DNA of 7,904 nucleotides from assembly GCF_000143415.4 (NCBI RefSeq), contig NW_003314652.1, positions 1 through 7,904 on the forward strand, in the 5' to 3' direction. The notes beneath the pieces are model-generated. The model made no database searches and had not been told where the DNA came from. It saw only the letters and a list, made by a program, of their open reading frames with translations. Made by a program: the position numbers and the translations under genes. The stretch is from Selaginella moellendorffii. Taxonomy: Eukaryota; Plantae; Lycopodiophyta. Shown one piece after another: positions 1 to 7,852 of the stretch; the first letter of the stretch is position 1; every line of letters begins with the position of its first letter.

Positions 1-600
1 GCACCGGAGGAATGTACAAAATCGTCTGACCCTTTGCCTCGAACAAAGACTCTGTCAAAGTAGCCATGAACTTGTCAAGCTCTCCGGCAAAGTCTTTGGT
101 GATGTTGGCTCGCAATGTGTCATCTTCCAGCATAAGTGGAAGATACATGTCCTGCAAAGAAAAACAAAACCAGAACTTTGTGCTATCGATCTGACAAACA
201 CATTCTCACCTGCATCAAGCGAAGCATTGCATCGCCCGGGCTTCCATTGATCACCTGGCACTGGACGAGCTTCTGGATGCTACGCGCTTTAAAAGGTTGC
301 GTTGTGTCACGCATAAACACAAGAACCTATCAAAGAGGACAAGGAGAAAAACTCCCCACTCACTCTAGAATCGATCGAAATATTTCCAGAGCTTACCTCG
401 TTCCATCTGGAAGGCAGCGTCGGCGTGCAATGAAGCTGCCCTGACGAATCCAGGTAGCAAAAGAGCCTGGAATTCTCATTCTGGTGAAGAAATCCCGAGA
501 CGATCTTCGCGTGCTCGTCGTTCCAAGCCGCCTCCGCGCCGATGAGCCGCATTTTCCTGCGCATCCACCCTACCTCCTCCTTCTCCTTCTTCCCTTCCAT
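1..600 (-). CDS. DHC10: Axonemal dynein heavy chain, inner-arm I1/f 1-beta type (DHC10/DNAH2-like); 5' end only, continues beyond the left edge
   Basis: Exons (minus) 600-397, 326-210 and 151-<1 are joined by phase-0 GT-AG introns 396-327 (70 nt) and 209-152 (58 nt). The joined frame is open: MEGKKEKEEVGWMRRK...LPSRWNE|VLVFMRDTTQPFKARSIQKLVQCQVINGSPGDAMLRLMQ|DMYLPLMLEDDTLRANITKDFAGELDKFMATLTESLFEAKGQTILYIPPV. The segment KDF..(L)xKFMAxLTE..FExKGxTILYIP matches my recollection of the N-terminal region of Chlamydomonas DHC10 and animal DNAH2. No database search was run. Confidence 0.82.
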
Positions 601-770
601 GGCGGACGCGGCGCGAGAGCCCGAGCTCGGGCGCTTTCATCAGAAAAACCCAGCCCTAGTTAAAATTCCGTTGAGGAAGCCAAAGAATATCCTTCATTGC
701 GCAATGAGCATATGCCCCTCCTTTCAAACAAAGGAAGCTATCAACAAACATACAAGTTACAAATGGAACG

Positions 771-3612
771 CTATGAGTCTCTCGTCGCGGCGATTAGCAT
801 CTCCTTGAGTCTCACTGTGAGCTCCTCGAAACTTGGGCGTTCTTCCCAAGCACTGCAGAAACATATACTCTGTGTAAGAACTCGTTCACTCACGAAGAAA
901 TGAAGAACTCGGGAAGAATCCATTCATTCATTCACTCGGAAGAATTCATTCACTCCCGAGGAAAGGAAGAACTCATTCACTNNNNNNNNNNNNNNNNNNN
1001 NNNNNNNNNNNNNNNNNNNNNNNNNNNNNNNNNNNNNNNNNNNNNNNNNNNNNNNNNNNNNNNNNNNNNNNNNNNNNNNNNTTTCCAACAGTCTTGTATC
1101 GTGGCTGCGTATTTTGGATCCAGCTCTCGGGCAGTGGCATCCTTTTGTCTTTAAATCCCACCACCGCTATCACCTAGAGTAACAACACAAGAATGTAAAG
1201 CTTTGATCGAGGGAACTTGAGAGAAGACAATACTAACCTGTAAAGGATCCAAGTCTTTCCAAGGGACTTCTTCTGTAGCCAGCTCCCATAGTATCACCCC
1301 GAAACTGTACACGTCCGACCTGAAAAAAAGGAGCAAAACGAGAAAAGAACAGATGAGCAACACACACAGAGCCGATCGCAGCTCTCACATGCATACTTTT
1401 CACTCGAAGCCTCGCTCCGGAGAACCTCCGGGGGCATCCACTGCGACTGAAGACATCAAAGTGGCTTGTCAGGAATCAAATCAACTAAAGGAAAGATTTA
1501 CCGTTCCCATCCGTGCGTTCCCCGTCAAGAAGTTGGAGTGCTTCAATCGCGAAAGGCTGAAATCTCCAACCTGATACATTTCCCAGTTTTAGCAGCGCTT
1601 AAAGCCTCTCCTCAGAGAGTTACCTTGACTTTGAGATTTTTATCAACCAGTAAGTTTGTAGACTTGAGATCGCGATGAACTATAGGTGGTGTGCAGTTGT
1701 GAAGGTAAGTCATCCCGCGAGCCTGTAAAATGGAGCTAAAATCTCGACAAAAGAGAAAACTATGGCAATACCAACCACGTCCAAAGCCATGCTCAGCTTT
1801 CGCTTCCAATCCAAACCCGTTGGCCTTCTGTGAAGCAACTTAAACAAACTGCCCCTGAAGAAGAAAAAAAAGCCATTGTGAGATTCTAAAGTAACAAATT
1901 TGTACCTGGGCATAAGCTCGGTTACGATGTAAAGCCGATCCTGAGTCGAGGCAGCACCGAGGAAAAGAACAATATTGGGATGTCTTAACTTTTTCATGAT
2001 TGAAACCTATACTAAGCATATTAGTCTCCAGGCACTCGTAGAAATGGCGTGCTCTACCTCTTTCCGAAAGTCCTCCATGCCACTCTCGTTGTACTGAAGT
2101 TCGTGAAAGACCTTCACTGCCACGTCCTACACATACATTGTTAAGACTATAACAAAAAACTTTGAACGTACCAGTCCACACCAAGTCCCACGGTGAACTG
2201 TTGCACAGCTTCCTGGGAGACAGAGAAAACTTACAATCAGAGAAAGAGAGGAAAACACTAACGTACCTTGACCAATTTTATCGTGCAAGCTGAGCGATTC
2301 CCAAGTGATCTCATACTCTGGACTTTCTAGATCATCCCAGACGTGCCTGCTTGAACTACTGCTAGCCGTGCCTGTGCTACTCATACTACTATTGACATCC
2401 ATGCTAACGATCGGTTGATTTGATGCGGGAGCCTCCGGATGTTCATGCTCGTCCTTCCGCAAAACAGCCGCCGCAGATGCCAACTCTGCCTCTGTATTAG
2501 ACCAAGGCCACAGCCGACCCGTCCACGACCCCGATCTCGATCTTAAACCAGCGAAGACTCTGCTAGCCTGTGTCAAATCCTCACCACTGCTGCTTCCTCC
2601 AGCAGCAGCAGGATTTACCTCCATAGCGTTCCCTCGCAGGTGCGTTAGAATCTTGGTTGCCTGCACGGACAAAACACCAAGCGATAAAACACAAAGAAAA
2701 CAAAACCTTGACTTTTACCAGGCTTGAAAATGTCGCGGCAAAGGGTATTTGCCACGAATCAGCTTGCGCGAAGTCCCTGCTCTTCATAAACGGCCGTGCG
2801 TCGCTCGACACACAAATCACCCCGACGAGCTTCCCGTCGTTGTAAAACGGCGTGTTTGTCATCATGGCAGGAAATATCTCGCCGGATTTTTTTTTGAGTG
2901 AGAACTGGCCGACCCACGACTCACCGACATAGAGTCGTGACAAGATCTTGGTGGCGCTCTCCACGGAGCTCTTGTCGATCAGAAGCTCAATGAGATCGCG
3001 ACCGATGGCCTCGGCGGCGGACCAGCCATATAAGCGCTCGGCCATGCGGTTCCTACGCAAAAAAAAAAAAAAAACTTCCATTACCACCGAGCAAAGAAAA
3101 AAAAAACTACGCTAGAGAAAAGAAACATGGAAAAGAAACCAAGGAAAGGAACCCGCAACAAAGAAAAGAAAAAACCAGCAGGAAAACAAACCAAAGAAGA
3201 AAGAAAAACGAGAGATCATGTACCAGTATGTCACCTCAGAAGAAGTCGTGAACATATAAACGGCCTGTCCCATGGACTGGAGAATGTCGTTGTAGCGATC
3301 CTCGGCCATGGAAAGCGATTTTAGATCCAGCGCAGCGCGCAAATCCCTGTCCGAGAGCTTCTCCGAGGACGTCCTTCTCGGCCCGGACGAGTTCTTTGGA
3401 GGAGGCGACATGGACATAGATCTTCTTACGTGCCCCGCTGACGCTTCCTCTTGCTGGAGCCGGAGCGCCTTGACAACTCGCTCCCTCTCCTCTAGAATTT
3501 TTTTCATCTCCTGTTCTAGCTTGGTGTGGCTCTCCTCTAGCCTTCTAATCTGCTCCTGGAGGGAAGAACTACATTGCCCCGGCTCCACCTCCTCGGCCAC
3601 TGGAGCGTCCAT
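771..3612 (-). CDS. PAS-domain Raf-like MAPKKK (plant group B2, RAF10/11/12-like) Ser/Thr kinase, about 627 aa; apparent frameshift near the assembly gap
   Basis: Exons (minus): 3612-3224, 3052-2719, 2660-2267, 2212-2172, 2126-2058, 2006-1906, 1854-1776, 1722-1624, 1570-1502, 1446-1397, 1319-1238, 1173-1082 (runs into Ns), 852-771 (TAG). All visible junctions are GT-AG and phase-compatible. Domains: N-terminal coiled coil ([23 protein letters not shown]), PAS domain ([15 protein letters not shown]...[19 protein letters not shown]...[18 protein letters not shown]...[22 protein letters not shown]), then kinase motifs [67 protein letters not shown]. Confidence 0.92.
876..981. repeat. Degenerate minisatellite (GGAAGAAyTCATTCACTC-like units) in the last kinase intron
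   Basis: Units at about 876-891 (AAGAACTCGTTCACTC), 912-937 (GGAAGAATCCATTCATTCATTCACTC), 938-955 (GGAAGAATTCATTCACTC) and 965-981 (GGAAGAACTCATTCACT, cut off by the N-run). Confidence 0.75.
982..1081. other. Assembly gap (100 N)
   Basis: Run of exactly 100 Ns, a typical placeholder for a gap of unknown size. It hides the end of kinase exon 12 and the donor site of the last intron. Confidence 0.98.
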
Positions 3613-4245
3613 TTCCCCCCAAAATCCAGCCCCGAAGCTACAATCCACCAACACGAACCCTTGCCCTGGATTCCAGCCGCCAAGAACCCTCTGATCTCCT
3701 GCGCCCGGGAGCTAGCAGCAGCTTCTTACCTCTCATCGTCGCATCCCGGCGCGCCGGATGGATCCGCCACAACCTAATCCTCTCCGCGGCGCTCACCGGA
3801 TCAAGAATGCGCTCCCGACGGGCCGGGGCGGAAATCCTTGCCGCGCTCGCCTGGAAGAGCATAGATCCATGCTCGCCGCCTCAGCGCCGACGAGGAGGCG
3901 CGCTAGCCCGGATTATCGCCCCTGGAATGGAGAAATCGGTCAAGAATCCAGCCTTGAGAGATTGATTGACAGCGCTCGCGCTAAGTTCTCTTTCCTGCCA
4001 GGGAACTGTGGACCTTTACGCCAATCATGCACATCCCAGCCGTTGATCTCGTAGCTAGATCAGAAATAGAAATGGCGGCCTGACCGTTGGATCCCATAGA
4101 TCGTAGCCGTCCGTGCGGAAATAAGAATGTGCTTTTCTCTAGGGCAGATAAGAAGCTTCTAAGAAAAGCACGAGGAATATTCGGCATAATCCCACGTTAG
4201 AAGCCCTAGTTCTTCCTTGCGTGATGCGATGATATTGCGACGACC
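3613..4245. promoter_or_regulatory. Divergent (head-to-head) promoter and 5'-UTR region shared by the kinase and BPI/LBP genes
   Basis: 633 bp lie between the kinase ATG (3612, minus) and the BPI/LBP ATG (4246, plus). The part near the kinase is GC/CpG-rich. There is a strong minus-strand donor AG|GTAAGA at 3729 with a plausible acceptor TTGTAG at 3638, suggesting a 92-nt 5'-UTR intron. Confidence 0.6.
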
Positions 4246-6116
4246 ATGAAGGCCTTGCTCCTCTCGATAGCGGCGATCTTCTTCCTCTTGCATGGAGCGG
4301 CAGCTAGAATCGGCATCGGCGACGAAGCGCGGGTAGGGAATTTCAGAGATTTCTTCGGCAGCGCAGCGGCCGATCCAGCCGATGGAGCCGAGGCAGGGAT
4401 TCTCGTCACGCTCTCCGAGATGGGGATCAGCTACGTCCGCGAGGTTCTCGTCGAGAGCGTGCTCCAGGATTTGACGCCGCTCAATCTGCCGAATGTGAAG
4501 CGGAGGGTGGAGTGGCCGATTGGAATTGTGGATGTGGAGCTCAAGAACATCGTCATTGTTTATGCCAACGTATCGTCATCGAATGTAGATCTCGGGAACA
4601 CAGGGATCTGGTTCAATGCTTCAGGGGTCGAGACCAAAGTCTCGCTGGATTGGAAGTACACTTACACGGCATCACTGATTCCATTTCCCATCTCTGATAG
4701 TGGCACCGCGACTGCAAAGGTAAGAAAGGTTTTTGCTCGTTTCAGAGACTTCGACTTTGATGAAAAAACCTTTTTTTTTCTTAAAGGTGAACGATGGAGA
4801 CGCATGGTTGCAAGCTACAATGCAACAAAAGAATGGAACACTGTCCATTCAGGTGACCGAGTGTAACACCGACTTATCGTCACTAGATTTGGAGCTGCAA
4901 GGCGGACAGTCGTGGCTCTACCAATGGTGAGTTTATTTTTTCTTGTCGAGGAGCTAGAGGGGAATATCATTAACAAAGCTTCTTTGTTGCTTGCCAGGTT
5001 CGTTTATGCGTTCAAAGGACAAATACAAAAATCTGTCGAGTCTGCGCTTACGACACAGGTTCTCGCCGCTGTGAGTCGGCTAAATCGTTTGCTGCTCAGC
5101 TTGCCCAGGCAGCTCCAAGTGGACACCACTTCAGCCGTTGATGTCACGGTTGTCGACGATCCAATTCTCAACCAAAACTATATCAGCGTCGGGGTGATGG
5201 GGGAGTTTGTAGATATCGCTTCCCCCAGCGAAAGAAAGCACCCTCCAAAGAAGCTGCCAGCCGGATTATTATGCATTGATTCAGATGTGAAGATGATCAC
5301 TGTGGCTCTTGGAGACTACGTTATTACCTCCGCGTCGGACGTGTACTATAAAGTAAGTCTGCAACGCTTTTGTTTTGTTTTCTATTTTTCGTTAGTGCTC
5401 AATGGCTTTCACAGGCAGGACGATTAGAGAGGGTCGTGGATAGACTTCCACAGCAGTCCCTCCTCAATACTGCAAGTTGGAGATTTCTGATTCCGCAGCT
5501 GTATCGCAAGTTCCCAAACGATGATATGTTACTCAACCTTTCTGCTGCTTCTGCCCCCCGGGTTTCTTTTTCAAGGGATGGGATTCGTGCGACCACTACG
5601 GCTGACATGACAATAGAGGTGGTGGACAACAACGAGATTATTCCAGTAGCTTGCATAAGTCTGGTACGATCATACAGAATTCTTCCACTTTGCTTTTTCT
5701 TTGCTTATTCTTGTACTTCACTTTAGGAAGTTACGCTACATGCTTTGGCCGAGATTGTTGGCACTAACATCACTGGCGAGGCCTCACTTTTGGACTTGAG
5801 CCTGGACCTCAAGTGGAGTACTATAGGCACTTTTCCAGTAAAGTTCGTCGAGGTAAGCGCCTACTGTTTCTTTCACATTATCTACCTAAAACGTTTGTTG
5901 CAACAGGTAGCGACGAGAACCATCCTCAAAGACGTGATTCTACCACTGGTGAACTACAATCTCAAGAAAGGTTTCCCGCTGCCCGTCATTCCAGCGATCG
6001 AGTTCCAAGAAGCAACCATTAGATACGAAGACGATTTCCTGCTAATCTGTACAGACATCCGCTACACAGGCCTTCCGCTCCCTCCTCCCGTCGCTCCTTC
6101 GTGGTCCACCATCTAA
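4246..6116 (+). CDS. BPI/LBP/CETP (TULIP) family lipid/LPS-binding protein, plant LBR-like, secreted, 517 aa
   Basis: Exons 4246-4719, 4787-4926, 4998-5352, 5415-5663, 5727-5852 and 5907-6116 (TAA), with GT-AG introns of 67, 71, 62, 63 and 54 nt; 1554 nt in frame. Signal peptide MKALLLSIAAIFFLLHGAAA. BPI-N-like segments: LSEMGISYVREVLV, DWKYTY...PISDSGTA, LQGGQSWLYQWFVYAF. BPI-C-like segments: LLNTASWRFLIPQLYRKFPNDDM, LKWSTIG, VNYNLKKGFPLP. These resemble the Arabidopsis LBP/BPI-related proteins as I recall them. Confidence 0.92.
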
Positions 6117-6120
6117 AGAG

Positions 6121-6224
6121 GTACATATCGGTCAAATGCAACTCCTTTTCTTCTCGAAAGCCATCACGTTGCTCTTTTTTTCTTTTTTTTTTGTCTTTTT
6201 TCTCATATTGTTTTTCTTTCGCAG
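6121..6224 (+). other. Probable 3'-UTR intron of the BPI/LBP gene
   Basis: Donor GAG|GTACAT starts 4 nt after the stop codon, followed by a long U-rich tract and acceptor TTTCTTTCGCAG; 104 nt. Confidence 0.55.
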
Positions 6225-6524
6225 ATAAAATCTGTAGCATATTCCCCGCGGTTTACGAAAAAGCGGGGCGTCTGTTTCCATCCCTGTCTGTCAAGCGAGA
6301 CAAAAATGTTGAAATGGAGCCTCTGACAGATTGCTCAGCCGCGGTACGTCGACATTCTCGGCGTATATAACTTGTGGTGTGTACAGGATCATAGGAGAGA
6401 AATAAGTGAGCGTTGGGACGGTCCATTTCTCCATTCGTCGCGGTGAGTACCTTTCATAGTTTTTGGTTGCGGTGGCTCCACAAGTTTTTGTGAAGAAGAG
6501 ACAAGCGAGCCGTGCTACTTGTCG

Positions 6525-6570
6525 TCAAACTCGAGATCAAGCCGAGCTCTTATCTTCAAACTCGAGATCA
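6525..6570. repeat. 15-bp exact direct repeat TCAAACTCGAGATCA, two copies
   Basis: Copies at 6525-6539 and 6556-6570, 31 bp apart. Confidence 0.7.
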
Positions 6571-7215
6571 TCGTGAGGTCTTTAGACAAAAAAAAATTGG
6601 CGAGAAGAGTTTGATTACATGCGACAGGACTTAAGAACAAGCAGCACACGCATTTACGTTTGTGCCCCACTCTAAAAGACTGAGGTGGTATCGGTTGGTT
6701 GTTTTGGCCAGATTTTTTTTGCGCGTCACTTGCTCTGGGCTGGATTGGATCATCCTTGCAATCGCCCTCCAAACCCACTGGAGTTTCTCTCACTCTCTAA
6801 AAATTTGAGAAAGCTGCCAGTCACCCACTGGGATGTTCTGTCATTACTATATTTTCCAGGCAAAGATCATACGAATCATAGTTTCCTATATTGTCAATAT
6901 CACGATCAAGGCTATAATTTTGAGCTTTCAAAACAATCTCGGATTAACTCACGAGACAAGGCTGTGGGTGAATGATGGGAGAATAACAACATGGGAGTAT
7001 CTTTGCGGGCCTGCCGCTGCAAGAACAGTTTTTTCTATGGACTTATTCCCAGTCCATAAAATCTAAGTTTCCAGTCGGGGGAGCTGCGTGGTGCACAAAC
7101 GCCCACGACGCCACATCGCTTTCTCTTCTGGGTGCTATGACTGTATCCTTTAAAGAATGGCCCTTCGCTAAGTTGGCCGATCAAGAATCTTTGGAACAAA
7201 GAAAAAAAGTATTTC

Positions 7216-7303
7216 TTTGCTAGTTTTCCTTTTGACAGGCAGGCTGATCAAACAAGGAAAAGAAAAATCCTTCCATGGTTTTGCTAGTTTTCCTTTTGAC
7301 AGG
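7216..7303. repeat. 24-bp exact direct repeat TTTGCTAGTTTTCCTTTTGACAGG, two copies, within a degenerate ~64-bp duplication
   Basis: Copies at 7216-7239 and 7280-7303. Each is preceded by a similar A-rich stretch (AACAAAGAAAAAAAG and AACAAGGAAAAGAAAAA). Confidence 0.8.
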
Positions 7304-7580
7304 TAAAATCTCGCGGAAGAAGCCTTTAAAAGGCTGCCACTCTTTGGTCTGCTTGGTTTGCTCGCTTTAAACTTATCCCTGGGAGCCAGGGCTCTCCTTT
7401 GGACGCTACTCCTTGTCCACGAACAAGGAATGGACGGCGGTGATAGATAGCTAGACAATGCATAGACATTGCGAAAAATTTGATCTCACCCGCCCACAAT
7501 TCCTCGAGAAATCCGCGTTATTGTCCTTTCATGACATGGATAGCTACAAAGAAAATGCACAGAAGAAACAAACCTTGGGT

Positions 7581-7852
7581 ACACGTGTCACGCTCGCGGC
7601 CAATCAAGCTGCTGACGTGACATGACCGCGGCGCCGCGCTCGACGTCCTACCAGCTGGCGGTGTGGAGTCACGTGGCCCTACCAAAGCACATGGAATATG
7701 CTAATGAGATGCTTTCCCTGGATCAAAGCCACGTGAAGACTATATCCATTTGGCCGAAGCATAATCCAACATTCCCCTGGTTTGTTTTAGTCGGGACAAA
7801 CACGATTTTGTCAACTCCTTAGCCCTAAAAAGCTTTTGATTCGATGACGTGT
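7581..7852. promoter_or_regulatory. Cluster of ACGT-core (G-box/ABRE/bZIP) elements plus a CCAAT box; likely promoter of a gene not identified in this window
   Basis: ACACGTGTC 7581-7589, CCAAT 7600-7604, TGACGTGA 7613-7620, CACGTGGC 7670-7677, GCCACGTG 7728-7735, TGACGTGT 7845-7852. Confidence 0.55.

Noticed and set aside
136-903. Plus-strand ORFs 136-444, 542-808 and 697-903
   Set aside because: They lie antisense to dynein and kinase exons and show no recognisable motifs.
876-981. Repeat units as a CRISPR array
   Set aside because: Eukaryotic intron context, degenerate units, no unique spacers of regular length and no cas genes.
900-1173. ORFs spanning the N-run
   Set aside because: Artefacts of translating Ns and the repeat. 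Only the minus-strand part 1173-1082 is a real exon.
1426-1564. RNA editing as the explanation for DFS, GTS and PPE
   Set aside because: This is a nuclear spliceosomal gene, and the required changes (A to G, U to C, C to G) are mixed and do not fit plant organellar editing.
3127-4409. ORFs 3127-3324, 3308-3694, 3574-3777, 3638-3862, 3758-4054, 3981-4187 and 4206-4409
   Set aside because: Antisense shadows of real exons, low-complexity intron sequence, or chance ORFs in GC-rich leader DNA.
7036-7066. 8-bp hairpin TATGGACT/AGTCCATA followed by CTAA, as a Helitron 3' end or terminator
   Set aside because: The stem is not GC-rich, CTAA is too close and is not followed by T, and one such stem is expected by chance in 8 kb.
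7109-7155. CGCCACATCG resembling the plant snRNA upstream sequence element
   Set aside because: Imperfect match to RTCCCACATCG, no convincing TATA box and no recognisable snRNA downstream.
6515-7458. ORFs 6515-6793, 6685-6975, 6833-7066 and 7168-7458 as a fourth gene
   Set aside because: No recognisable domain, non-ATG starts, and I could not build a consistent exon chain. A divergent gene cannot be excluded without a search.
7622-7822. 66-aa plus-strand ORF
   Set aside because: Short, no motif, and it overlaps the likely cis-element cluster.
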